From the human T2T-CHM13v2.0 reference genome, Homo sapiens, in the NCBI RefSeq assembly GCF_009914755.1, contig NC_060931.1: a DNA stretch of 64,000 nt, one strand, 5' to 3'. Of this stretch, positions 1 to 17,679 are shown in pieces. Position 1 is the stretch's first letter. Each line of letters begins with the position of its first letter. The translations under genes and the position numbers were made by a program. The notes below the pieces were generated by a model, which was not told the DNA's origin, ran no database searches, and saw only the letters and a program-made list of their open reading frames with translations.

Positions 1-589
1 CCTCAGTCTCCCAAAGTGCTGGGATTACAGGCGTGAGCCATCTCACCCCGCTGGTATTATAGCTTTTAGTATACACCAAGCATTTCTTTCAGTTTGTTTC
101 ATTGTACTTAGTTGCTCACATAATTAATCTGATGAATATAAATAGTTTTATGTTCTTTATTTGTACTGAGATCATACCAAGTTTCAGTATGTCGTAGCTA
201 TTGGAAAAAACTTAATGGTACCTTTGCAGGCTTTACACCTGCCTGCATGGTGACAATTTTCTTTAATATTAGCTCTTTCAAAACTCTTTAATTTATCTTG
301 TTTACAATGTGTATGACTATTAATTTTTATGGTCAATGAAAATTTTAGAAATTTCTAAGTTTTTTTGTTACATACCAAACAATTGATAGGTAATGTGTGA
401 GTTTATTGTTATGAAATTTATTAATCATAGCTTGAAAAATGTAGACATGTTTTTTAGGTTATTCTTAGTTTAAAATAAATTTCTACCCTTTTTATTTTCA
501 TGTGAGATATGTACTAGTGATGTGAACTGTTTAGGTACAGTGCAATGCCGTTTCATTCTGTTTTTAGAAAGGCTGAATGTTTTAGAGTA

Positions 590-1200
590 GCTACAGTGGG
601 GTCTCCAAGGTTGGTCCTCACCAATCCGCTTGTGGGGTTCCTCCAGAGAACTGCAGAAACTCTGGCATGAACTCTCCATTCAAAGCCCTGTGCTGATTCT
701 TGACGAAAGTTTAACACTGCTCCTCGCAGTGTAAGGCCACCTCTGGGACAACCCAGCTCAGTGTTGTCTGAAAGAGCTCAGGGCTGTCAGAATAATTTAC
801 TGTTTGTTTTAGCCAACACCTGGGGATAGGTCCCTGACATCCTTTCTGAAGAGAGTTTAAAAGGGCTTAAATTATGAATCCTTCTCTGTCCTTTTGAGAT
901 GTCTCTAAATCTGCAATTCAGGAGTGTCTTTGAAAAGATATCAGAAAGGACAGGATGGCCTCTGTTCTGGTCTCTCTGGGAAGGTAGAATCCTAACTACT
1001 GTAATTATCAGCTAGCAGACACAGCGAGCTTAATCTCACACTGACCAGCCTTTGTAATTTTTCACTTGAGCTCCCCTAGCCCGGGTTCTCCCCTAAAACA
1101 CTCCCTCACCTCAGTGCAAACAGAAATGGAGCTCAGCTGTTTCCCGTCCCGCCTGCAGTTACTGAATGAAATCTATTTCACCACTCGAAAGTCTGGCATC
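590..1200 (+). mobile_element. Old ERV1-class LTR remnant (MER34/MER39-like), boundaries approximate
   Basis: LTR-like composition; degenerate poly(A) region gttactgaatgaaatctatttcaccact near 1160-1190; recognition only. Confidence 0.4.
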
Positions 1201-2137
1201 CCCCTCCCCACACTTCTCATCTGTCAGCCAAGTCTAGAAAGGAATCAGCCTGAGGTCAGCTCTGTCTACAAAATAGACTCAGCGCAGCAGCATTTTAGGC
1301 ATCTGCCGCTTTGACGTAGCTTTGACGTAGCAGCTCACAGATAGGACTCTCATCTGCAAATACATGCATACCGAAAACACAGGTGCTCCCTGCAGCCACG
1401 TTTGTCACATGGAGTACAGAGTGTTAGAAGCAGCCTGTGTGGTCACCAGCCAGGGCCTAGGTGAGTGAATTACGGTGACTGTAGGGAATAACCTTGGATT
1501 CAGTGATGGAAACTGATCATCCTAGTTTTCTTCGTTACCGTTTTCTTCAGAGCACTTTTCCTACCAGGGAGCGTCAGTTACACAGTCAAGTAATAGAATG
1601 AAGACCTGGATAGGCTGCATTTCATAATTTGGCCCTAAGTAATTTGATAACTTAAAAATTCTAGTGTAAGGAATTTTGGAAAAAAAATGAGGACAGCAAA
1701 GGATAAATTATGTCCCAGTCCTAAAGGCGGGAGCCAGCCTTGCCCTCTGGGTCTCTTAGCGTGCGCCCTAGTTTGGTGTGTTGCCATGCAGGGTTAGTGA
1801 AGCACACCACTCTGGCCGTTAGTGCTCCTGCTCATTCCACTCTGTAATTCTGAGAATTAATGTTGGTGTCGTCAACCTAAAGAAAATCCAGGCAAAATTA
1901 ATTATAGAGACTATCAGGGCCACAGCCTGGGAAACACTGGGAGGCGCTCCAGAGAACAAAGGAGAGGCTTGAGTGTTTAAAGAGAAAAGGACGAATCAGG
2001 GGACGATTACAAAATACTTTGTCAAGTACTGGTTTACAGAAATAACATTGATTATTGATTGGTTATACATCACTGAACTGCAGGTTACGAATTCTGGTGT
2101 CCAGTGTATGACATTGGTAGGTTAATTTATGGCTATT

Positions 2138-3176
2138 GGCCAGGTGTGGTGGCTCATGCTTGTAATCCTGGCACTTTGGGAGGGAGGATTGTTTGAGGAT
2201 GGGAGTTCGAGGCCAGCCTGGGCAACATAGCAAGACCCTATCTCTTAAAAAAAAAAAAAAAAAAAAGCCTGGGCATGGTGGTGCATTTCTGTAGCCCCAG
2301 CTACTCAGGAGGCTGAGGTGGGAGGATTTCTTGAGCACAGGAGGTCAAGGCTGTAGTGAGCTATGATAGCACTGTGTCCGGAGTTGGTTCCTTCTGGTGG
2401 GTTCTTGGTCTCGCTGACTTCAAGAATGAAGCCACAGACCCTCGCGGCGAGTGTTACAATTCTTAAAGATGGTGTGTCCGGAGTTTGTTCCTTCACATGT
2501 TCAGATGTGTCTGGAGTTTCTTCCTTCTGGTGGGTTTGTGGTCTTGCTGACTTCAGGAGTGAAGCGACAGACCTTCGCAGTGAGCGTTACAGCTCTTAAA
2601 GATGGCGCATCTGGAGTTGTTTGTTCCTCCCGGTGGGTTCATGGTCTCGCTGACTTCAGGAGTGAAGCCCCAGACCTTTGCAGTGAGTGTTACAGCTCAT
2701 AAAGGTAGCGTGGACCCAAAGAGTGAGCAGCAGCAAGATTTATTGTGAAGAACAAAGCACAAAGCTTCCACAGTGTGGAAGGGGACCCAAGCAGGTTGCC
2801 ACTGCTGGCTGGGGGTGGGGGGAGGGGGGCCAGCTTTTATTCCCTTATTTGGCCCTGCCCACATCGTGGTGCGTTTACAAACCTTTAGCTAGACACAGAG
2901 TGCTGATTAGTGCATTTTTACAGAGTGCCGATTGGTGCGTTTACAAACCTTTAGCTAGACGCAGAGCGCTGATTGGTCCGTTTTTACAGAGTGCTGATTG
3001 GTGCGTTTACAAACCTTCAGCAAGACAGAGTCCTGATTGGTGTGTTTACAGTCCTTTAGCTGGACAGAAAAGTTCTCCAAGTCCCCACCCACCCAGAAGC
3101 CCAGGAGGCTTCACCTCTGGGCACCACTGAACTCTAGCCTGGGTGACAGAATGAGACTCTTTAAATAATAATAATA
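2138..3176 (+). mobile_element. AluJ split by LTR12 (2138-2372 and 3121-3176)
   Basis: Alu right arm stops at gagctatgatagcac and resumes as gcaccactgaactctagcctggg; flanking duplication tatggct(a/g)ttgg. Confidence 0.88.
2373..3120 (-). mobile_element. LTR12-family (HERV9) solo LTR, antisense to DYNC2I1
   Basis: Ends tgtgtccggagttggt and gcttcacctct; U5 repeats gctgacttcaggagtgaagc; U3 repeats gctgattggtgcgtttacaaacctt; 4-bp TSD GCAC (2369-2372, 3121-3124). Confidence 0.93.
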
Positions 3177-3225
3177 TGGCTGTTGGTGGTGATGCTGAGT
3201 CAAGAGGTCATAAAGCAGGCTGCTT

Positions 3226-3860
3226 ACTTAGCTCTGGGTGTGGGAGGAGCGGGACTTCCTTAGCTCCAGGTGTGTGTGAGGGGGGCGGTGAGCCGGACGT
3301 CCTTAGCTCCGGGTGTGTTTGGGGGGGGCGGTGAGCGGGACGTCCTTAGCTGGGGGGGGGTGTGGGGAGAGCGGGACGTCCTTAGCTCCTGGTGTGTGTG
3401 GGGGGGGCGGTGAGCGGGACGTCCTTAGCTCCGGGTGTGTGGGGGGAAGGGGGACGTCCTTAGCTCCCGGTGTGGGGGCGGGGGGGAGCGGGACGTCCTT
3501 AGCTCTGGGTGTTTGGTGGGGAGCCGGACGTCCTTAGCTCCGGGTGTTGGAGGGTGTTGGAGGGGGGAGCGGGACGTCCTTAGCTCCGTGTGTGGGGGTG
3601 GGGAGCGGGACGTCCTTAGCTCCGTGTGTGGGGGTGGGGAGCGGGACGTCCTTAGCTCCTGGTGTTGCGGGGAGCAGGACGTCCTTAGCTGCGGATGTGG
3701 GGGAGAGCGGGACGTCCTTAGCTCTGGGTGTGGCGGGGTGGGGAGCGGGAAGTCCTTAGCTCCCGGTGTGTGTGTGTGGTGTGGGGGGAGAGGGACGTCC
3801 TTAGCTCCGGGTGTGGGGGGGGGAGCAGACGTTCTTAGCTCTGGGTGTGGCGGGGAATGA
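3226..3860. repeat. G-rich VNTR, ~35-45 bp unit GGGACGTCCTTAGCTCCGGGTGTGTG(G)nAGC, ~17 copies
   Basis: cttagct recurs about 17 times, separated by G/GT tracts of variable length. Confidence 0.95.
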
Positions 3861-4206
3861 GACGTGACCACTGTCACATTTCAGTGGCTCTGGGCCTAAA
3901 CATTTAAAGGAGCTCACATTCCTCAGATTAGTTTCTTTTCTTTCTCAGTGTCATGCAGGGAACAGGATGACGATGTGGACGTCAGCGCTATACCACTGGG
4001 TCCATGTAGATGAATGTCACAGGGTTGGGCCGCGGTGTCTCTGTCATGTGGGGACTCAGGCTGGAGAGTGCCTTTGCTGCTTTGCACAGAGCTAGTGGTC
4101 ATCCTGAAGGTCCAGAATGGATTTATGGCAGTGTCCCTGGAAGGAAGAGTGGATTTAGAAACATGTTATAAGCAGAAATAGTAGTATCTGGTGACGCTTT
4201 CCTCTG

Positions 4207-4498
4207 TTTATTTTTTAATAGAGATGGGGTTTCGCTGTGTTGCCTGGGCTGGAGTGCAGTGGCAGTTATCACAGCTCACTGCAGCCTCGACCTCCTGGGC
4301 TCAAGTGAGCCTCCTGTCTTAGCCTCCTGAGTAGCTGGGACTGCGGTTGAATCACCATGCTTGGCTGATTTTTTTTTTTGATGGAGATGGGGTCTTGCTG
4401 TGTTGCCCTGGCTGGTCTTGAACTCCTGGGCTCAAGTAATCTTCCTACCTCAGCCTAGCAAAGTGTTAGGATTACAGGTGTGAGCCACCATGCCTGGC
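4207..4498 (-). mobile_element. AluJ
   Basis: Two-arm antisense Alu with J-type residues. Confidence 0.88.
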
Positions 4499-5869
4499 TC
4501 AAAATAACTTCTTTTAAACATTTCTTAATGTTCAATTAACTAGTTCAAATCAGTATTTAACTTTAACCTCTGATGAGTGTTTTCTAAAAGAGGAGGCTGG
4601 GTTAGAAAGCAAGGGGAGAAGCCCACTGCCCACAGGTGGCTGCAGATGCCAGTGGCACCTTCTCGCTGGAGTCTGCCCAGCTGTCGGAGGTTATGTGGCA
4701 GGAACAATGAGCGTCAGGTCCAGGGGCTTCTGCTGTTTGGCTTACAGAGCGCGGAAGCCCTCACACCCACTCGTAGTGGGGGTCGGACAAGATGGCACAG
4801 GGGTGGGGTTTGCTTTCCATCTGGGCTGTGAGTGTCCTCCCTGAAGTGAGGTTTTGGCTTCACCACCTCTGATGGTGCACCTTGGAGGTGATACCACCTT
4901 GGAAGTGATTTCAGCCCAGGTTTACTTCTCCTTGGATTTCAGGATGAGATGAGAGTGGGGAAAAGAATTCCCTTGAAGCCCTGCATTGAGGGGAAGGGGA
5001 GTTAAATCAGTTTCATCTGTTTTATTCGGGAGGCAAATCAAAGGGATGTAAACATTGTTCAGGGTTCTTACTGTACAGTTCTCAATAGAATTTTGTTATG
5101 AAAAGGTTCTAGATGATTTAGTTGATGTAAATCGAGCATAAATCGAGGGACAGAGGCCCTGGGGAGCTGGTGCTGGGCAGCCGCTCATCTCCTGTTTGCT
5201 TGCCATGTGCATGAAGGATGCTGGCCCAGGACAGGTGCTTGCAGATGCTGAAGACCGCAGGCTCCAGTTCTCATCCACTAGTGCGTGGGCTGAATCATGC
5301 TGATGGTTTTGCTGCTTAGCTCTCCTGAGTCTCCTCACCCCAGTCCCCAGGCTGGGGTTTGTTCCACTCCTGGGAGTGCTGGGGAACTTTGCCCTTTGGT
5401 TCCATACTTGGAGAGTTGATTTTAAGCGTGGATTGCTGGGCTGCTCCATAGGGCAGAGTCTGAGGGCAGGTCAAGTTGGTCTTTAAAAGGCCTTGGCAGA
5501 AGCATGTGGTTTACATGTGGCAAGTGGGGACCGACAGCACCGGGGCAGGGAAGTCGTAAATCACTGTTGAACAGTTTGAAACTCTAGAGGGAGACAGCAT
5601 GGATAGAAAACTTGAGGGTAAACAGTCCATATTAGCTGAGTTTTAAGCGCTCCAAAGTAGTCAGTATTCTGTGCATTTAAGAAAATGGCTGTTACTTTTC
5701 ATACTGAAAAGTAGAGAGGCCGAAGAAAAATCCTGTGATCTCTGTCAGAGACCTCTTGTCTTCAGGGTTTTTAACTTTGTCAGTATCAGTAATGTTAACC
5801 ATTAAGAAACCCCACTGGATGGGTTTTGTGACATACTTACTTTTCACATTCTGAGCTAGTGGCCTTGTG

Positions 5870-6222
5870 CCTTCCCAGTGTCCCCTGAATGTCCTCAGCG
5901 TCCCCTGTGTGCAGCGCCCACGTCTCCTGGTTGAACTGTCCCCTAATGTTCTAGGTGTCCCCTCTCTGTGGTGCCCATGTCTCCTGGTTGGACTGTCCAT
6001 TGGTGTCCTGGGCATCCCTTCTTTGTGGTGCCCATGTCTCCTGGTTGGACTGTCCCTGAGTGTCCTGGGTGTCCCCTCTCTGTGGTGCCCACGTTTCCTG
6101 GTTGGACTGCCCCTTGGTGTCCTGGGCGTCCCCTCTCTGTGGTACCCTGGTCTCCTGGGTCTCCTGGTTGGACTGTCCCCGAGTATCCTGGGCGTCCCCT
6201 CTCTGGTCACTCGTGTCCTGGG
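5870..6222. repeat. 57-bp tandem repeat, ~6 diverged copies
   Basis: Unit tgtcctgggtgtcccctctctgtggtgcccatgtctcctggttggactgtcc...; 19-aa periodicity in the ORF track. Confidence 0.9.
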
Positions 6223-6296
6223 TTCCATTCAGCCCTTTTTTTATAGCAGGTCCTATATTAAACCTCTCTGTAGGAGTTAACTTTAAACAAATAGTT

Positions 6297-6596
<300 letters not shown>

Positions 6597-6852
6597 TTAA
6601 TATATTTATGAGGTATTACAGCTTTTTTTGTTTGCCCTAATTTTCACATTCCAGGAAGAGTTTTAGTGGCTTGTCCATGAAAAGTTTCCATTTTTCATTT
6701 GGACTAAATCTGTTTTTTTTTTTTTTTTTTGAAACAAACCCCCAAATGCTTCCTTTATTTATACCTTTAAGGAAGTGTTTCTCAAAGGGAAAAATTGAAT
6801 AATTATGGTATATTCTCTGCAGGAAATCATCCTTGATTGAGTTTGCTTAGCT

Positions 6853-7050
6853 GAGGTTAGGTTTATCATTAAGCTCTGTTGTACCAGGGTTGTGGGGTTG
6901 TAGGGTTGTGGGGTTGTACCCTGTGTTGTTGGAGTGTGTTACTATGGCGTGGTGATACGCGGTTAGGTTAAGCATGAAGCTCTGTTGTACCGGGGTTGTA
7001 GGGCTGTACCCTGTGTTGTTGGAGTGTGTTACTGTGGCATGGTGATAAGC
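6853..7050. repeat. Two-copy ~100-bp tandem duplication with internal (GGGTTGT[AG])n
   Basis: aagctctgttgtacc...gtaccctgtgttgttggagtgtgttact occurs twice. Confidence 0.8.
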
Positions 7051-8855
7051 ACCTGCGTGTTCTGCACTGAGGTTCTGCTGAGGCCTCAGTGCAGCTGTGG
7101 AGCAGGAGCGGCACAGAAGAAGGAGCTGTGGCTGCACTGGCAAAGCTCATGCTCCCCTCGGGGAGACCAGCGCGGATCTTGTAGGAATCACTATCGCGAG
7201 GGTTGCCAGGAGGCAGTGGTGCAGTGTGACAGGAGGCGCTCCAGGTGGCGGCGAGGGTGCAGAAGGGGAGTCCCAACCTTGCCTTAGAGCACAGTCAACC
7301 TTTACTGTCCTCATGGTTCCTGTAGGTTAGGGTTTGGGGGTGGCGTGGGGGGACGTTAGGGTGCAGTCCTCACGCTCTCTGAAGGTTGCGTTGGGCTGAG
7401 GGGCCCTTCTGACGTGTGGGCTGGTGCCGGCCTCTCCTGGGCCTCCCCGGGAGTGCTTGGGCATCCTTGTGCTATGGCGTCTCCCAGGGTGCGCGGTGAG
7501 AGCAAGCGGGCACCACAGCCAGGTGGAAGCTCTGGAAGGGACCCTGAGCAGGAAGGCGCACAGCTGGGCCTCCACCCCGTCCTCCTCATCAGAAGTGTGG
7601 CAGGGCGGGCGGCTTGAGCTGAGGAGTTTGGGCAACATGGCGGAACTCCATCTCTACAAAATACAAATATTAGCCAGGTGTCATCCCAGCTACTCAGGAG
7701 GCTGAGGTGGGAGGATGACTTGAGCCGAGGTTGCGCCACTGCACTCCAGCCTGGGTGACAGAACCAGACCCTGTCAAAAAAACAAAAAGACGATGATGAA
7801 GAAGAGTGTGACATAGAATCTGGCCCACGTTCGAGGAAGGGGAATCAGCTTGACTTGTAAAGGAAGGGTTGTTGAAGAGTCAGTGGAAATGGTTTAAGAC
7901 CACGGCACCTTGTTATTTTAATAGTCCCCTCAGATGCTTAGAACAGTTGGATACCTGGTGAGCTGGCTGTCCGGATGCCGCCTTTCCCGGCACGCACAGT
8001 GTGGATTCTCTAATGGCTGGTGGTCGTGAGGCGCTGCGACATGCTAAGCAGTGCTGGGTGACACAGAGGACTAAGATAGGCCTTCCTTTCCGGAAGGTGA
8101 GGGCTTAGCTGGAGAGATGTCATCACACTTGAAAGGTGGATTATCCAACGAGGAACAAACACTTTCGCAGTAGAAACAACAAACATCAGAGGAGCTGGAC
8201 GGTGTTTTTGGGCCTGGAACCTTTCTTGGGTTTTATCTGCGCAGCCCCAGCTCTGCAGCAGTGCTCGGTGTGTGCGAGGAGCTTGGTGTGTATTTGCTGA
8301 ATACAAGTACAGGGCCCTGGAGGGCCAGAGACACGGGTGAGCTTGTGGGCCCACCAGTTGCCCAGTGTAGCAGACGGGTGTGATAGGGTGTCCTCAGGGA
8401 CAGGCAGGCTTTCTCTGCCGATCCTTGAGCATTCAGTCCACAGGTGTCGTTTCTGTTCCTGATTTGTTCCTTGGCAGGACTCTAGAGCTGAAAGCTGCTG
8501 AGCCTTGTGATGCCTCACTGTCCTCATTAGAAAAACTGAGCTGATAGCCTTCTTAGTAGGGTTATGAGATTTAAATATTGGTGCTTGAACAGGATAGCAT
8601 CTGGTATGCACCAGATGCTAAACTCATTTCTGTCTGTCATACATCCCAGCTGCTGTTGCTGTGTAAGAGGCTGTGGTGTGAGACAACAGCAGCCTTCTAA
8701 TTTTCTCACATACTCTGTGGATCAGGAGAGCTCACAGCAGCAGGCTTAGTTCTGTTGCTGGTACCTGGGGCCTCGGCTGGGGAGACTTGAGGTTCAGGAG
8801 GTGGTGACTCATGAGGGGCTGCGGGAGCCGTGCCTCTCACGCACCTGCCCTGGTG

Positions 8856-9008
8856 CTGGCTGTGAGGGACCCCTCTGGGCCCGTGGCTGTGGCATCTGCT
8901 GTGAGGGACCCCTCTGGGCCCGTGGCTGTGGCATCTGCTGTGAGGGACCCTCTGGGCCCGTGGCTGTGGCATCTGCTGTGAGGGACCCTCTGGGCTGTGG
9001 CATCTGCA
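8856..9008. repeat. 39-bp minisatellite, ~4 copies
   Basis: ctgctgtgagggacccctctgggcccgtggctgtggcat repeated. Confidence 0.9.
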
Positions 9009-9548
9009 GGGGCCTCTCCCCAGGGCTGCTTCTCTTCCTCACAGGGAAGTATCTGGAGCTGCAGCCCAGGAGGACCAGGCAGAAACCCATTGTCCTGGGA
9101 GGCCCATGATACCTTCTGTCCTGGGTTGAGCCCAGCGGCCGCAGAAGGAGCACAGACTCCCTCTGTGTGCACAGCATTTGGGACGTGAGTCTGTTGTGGC
9201 TGTTTTTGGAAAATACAGTCTGACACAAGATATTTTAAACCCACAGAATATTTGTCCTTCCTCTGTTGTTCAACTGCTGTTATAACTTGTTTTCACTTTT
9301 ATTTTATAATATTTAAGTTTTGAAGTAGCCAAAGGAACACATTTTATAATAATGTGTCATTTTAGACTAGTGAATAATTTTTAAAAATCTGTATTTCTGT
9401 TACCTTTTATTCCAGGAGGTAGAGAAGTATTTTCTGGCATGTCAAGAATTAACTGCCATTGATTTAAATGGCATAATGAAAAAGCAGCTCACTACAACAC
9501 TGAAAATAAATTATTTTAAACATTCTAACTTTATACTTTTCTATTTAG

Positions 9549-9725
<177 letters not shown>

Positions 9726-10056
9726 TGAACTCAGAGGTGAAGGTGTACGGCTAACAATCCCTCTGGAACGTTGGTTAAGCCAGCTGGACACTCCCACTGC
9801 TCGTGGGGCTCTGCCATGGCTCAGGGGCCTCCGCACTGCTTTAGGGCAGGGAGTGCTCACTTCAGGGGCCGCAGCGGTGGGTGGGGAGAGGGGCTTTGGG
9901 ATTGAGAGAGAGTCCTGAGAGTTTTAGAACGAGGGTCCTTGTTTGTATGGGGCCCAGGCGGTTTGTGTCTTAGCGACTTTAAAACACAGCTTCAGTATCT
10001 CTCTTTTAACACATGTAGTATTTTATTTATTTATTTTTAGTTAATTAATTTTACTC

Positions 10057-10487
<431 letters not shown>

Positions 10488-10652
10488 TAGTACCTGTCAC
10501 CCGAATAGTGAACATTGTACCCAATGGGTAATTTTTCACCCTCTAATACACGTAGTATTTTAGATTTGATTTGCCGATCAGTGTGAATGTCCATGATATT
10601 GGGGCGCTGGTGGGCAGTTGTAGAAATCTAAGCTTGACTCCATGTCCTTTAG

Positions 10653-15086
<4,434 letters not shown>

Positions 15087-15703
15087 GGTAAATGCTTTTT
15101 GAATGAATGCACTTTGCCTCAGTGATCTTTGAAAGTTTAACTTTGCCCTGATCTTTTAAAGTGTCCACTCTCTGAATTTTACATCTGATGCCTTTTTTGT
15201 GTGCAGATTCAGAAGTGAAAGTCCAGCTTTCCTTGTTGGATGATGCTTTGGTGTCATCGGTACCTGCCTGGCTCTGTTTGCCCCCGGTCTCTCTTGCAGG
15301 TCATACTGGGCCTTGGTGCTTCAGCCTCCCCAGCCCAGGATGGATGCCGTAGTCTGGTGCCCTGGGGAGTCAGCTGCACCTGGCTTCCTTGTTGATTCAG
15401 GGGCCTCTGGCTTCCTTGGTCCCCTCAGCAGTGGGGGTGCCAGGAGGTTTGGGGGCTGCTCTGGGTCCTCAGTGCATCCAGGAGGGCAGGCATTTCCCTG
15501 GAGCTCACATTTGGCTAAAGTGTTGGCCGACTGGGCTGGTTCTCCTGTTCAGACTAAGCCCTGCTTCTGCGTGATATGCAGAAACCCTGAAGGCTGTATG
15601 AGTTTGGTCTGGTGCCCTCTTGAATTTCCAAGGGTTACTCAGACATTTGCCTGGTTGCTTCAGCAGCAAACTGAGTGAGGCAAGAAATCTCTCTGTTCCT
15701 TAG

Positions 15704-16089
15704 TGTACGAGTCTGTCCTCATACTGCTGTAAAGAAACACCTGGGGCTGGAGAATTTATAAAGAAAAGAGGTTTAATTGACTCACCATTGTGCGGGCTGT
15801 ACAGGAAGCATGGCTGGAGAGGCCTCAGGAGACTTACAGTCTTAGGAGAAGGTGAAGGGAAGCAGTCACGTCTTACAGGGCCAGAGCAGGAGGAAGGGAG
15901 AGAGTGGGGAGGTGCCATACGCTTTGAAACAACCAGATCTTGTGAGAACTCACTCAGTATCACAAGAACAGCACCCAGGGGGAAATTCACCCCCATGATC
16001 CAGTCACCTCCCACCAGGTCCCACCTTCAGCATTGGGGACTACATTTCAGCGTGAGATTTGGGTGGGGACACAGATCCAAACCATATCA
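15704..16089 (-). mobile_element. MaLR solo LTR (MSTA-like)
   Basis: tgtacgagtc...aaagaaaagaggtttaattgactcac...ccaaaccatatca; 5-bp TSD CTTAG. Confidence 0.9.
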
Positions 16090-16279
16090 CTTAGATTGCC
16101 ATGTTCATCTCCTTCTTCATTTTAAATTTGATACTAGAACTCTTCATTCTTGAGTTGGAGGCATGTGTTTTAGTTGAAGAATATTTTCAAATACATATTA
16201 ACGAATATAAAATGTGCAATACCATCCATAGCAAGATGTTAAAAGAGTTTTTTGATGTGCTAACATTTGGGAGTATTAA

Positions 16280-16612
<333 letters not shown>

Positions 16613-16824
16613 TAAGTAGTAAGAAAACAAAAACTGTCTAATCCTCACCCACAGGTAAGTATTGATAGCATTTAGGTATGTATTTTTCCAGGTTTATATA
16701 TTTGTGTATGTATAACATTGTTTTCTTTAGATTTTTACTGTTTTATAAGTTGTTTAAACGGAACACATTTTGAGCCTTTTCCTGAGTGATCCTGTCTCTC
16801 CCCGTGTTTCAGTGAGCGTGCAAC

Positions 16825-17045
16825 TTGGTGTTTCGCGGTGCGGGTGTGTTGGTGCTCTCCAGGCACCTGCGGTTCCGGATTGGTGTTCCGCGGTGCGGGT
16901 GTGTTGGTGCTCTCGAGGCACCTGCGGTTCCGGATTGGTGTTCCGCGGCGCGGGTGTGTTGGTGCTCTCCAGGCACCTGCGGTTCCGGATTGGTGTTTTG
17001 CGGTGCGGGTGTGTTGGTGCTCTCCAGGCACCTGCGGTTCTGGAC
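16825..17045. repeat. 55-bp CpG-rich minisatellite, 4 copies
   Basis: aggcacctgcggttc at 55-nt spacing (16861, 16916, 16971, 17026). Confidence 0.93.
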
Positions 17046-17679
17046 ACTTAGGTTGTTTCTGTGTGTTTGTGTTTTTTCTTTAAATTATAAAGACATCCAG
17101 ATGGTATGCTTTTTGGTTCGTTCATAATTATTTCCTTATGATTAATTTCTGAAAATGAACTTGCTGGATCAAAGTAAATGTAAACTTAACTCATTAGCTT
17201 TACATAAAAGTTGTAATTATTTATATCATCAGAGCATAATTCCTTATGTCCTAAGCAGGAGCTGGGCATCATCTTCGTTTAAAAGTTTTGCTCATTTGAT
17301 TCAGAAGAAAATGGCATTTCTGGGCATTTTTAAAAGCAGGTTTACTGTCTTTTGTTATTTACCACTTGTGTACTTTTGCTTATTTTTTTTCTCTCTTTTT
17401 TTTATTTTTTAGAGACAGGGTCTTGCTCTGTCACCCAGGTTTGAGTGTTTTAGTCACAGAGATGGTTAAACTCTGGTCCCATTTTCAAGACTCTCCATCT
17501 GCGTGGGACTAATTAGGAGAGAAAGAGTGATGTGACATGTCCATATGAGAGATGTGGCAGCCTTGTGCTGTCATACTCACCGGAGAAGGCATCTCTCAGA
17601 GAAGTCAGAGCTTGCTCAGGAGGGACCCCAGGGCTGGCGGAGCTTAGGCTGAGGGCCACCAGCATGAGGGATGAGGCTG

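Larger units (their letters stand above)
1870..3947 (-). mobile_element. MER4-group (ERV1) solo LTR, fragmented by AluJ, LTR12 and a VNTR
   Basis: Minus strand begins TGAGAAAGAAAAGAAAC...TCTGAGGAATGTGAGC; 4-bp TSD GTGT at 1866-1869 and 3948-3951; subfamily not resolved. Confidence 0.65.

Noticed and set aside
1308-1331. Duplicated TGACGTAG (CRE-like) motif
   Set aside because: Single 11-bp slippage duplication with imperfect CRE and no promoter context
6853-7360. Interstitial telomere-like sequence (GGTTAGG, GGGTTGT)
   Set aside because: Only isolated TTAGGG hexamers, no tandem array
9416-9418. Possible 3-nt micro-exon (ttccag|GAG|gtagag) upstream of exon 2
   Set aside because: The acceptor looks good but the donor gtagag is poor; cannot be supported from sequence alone
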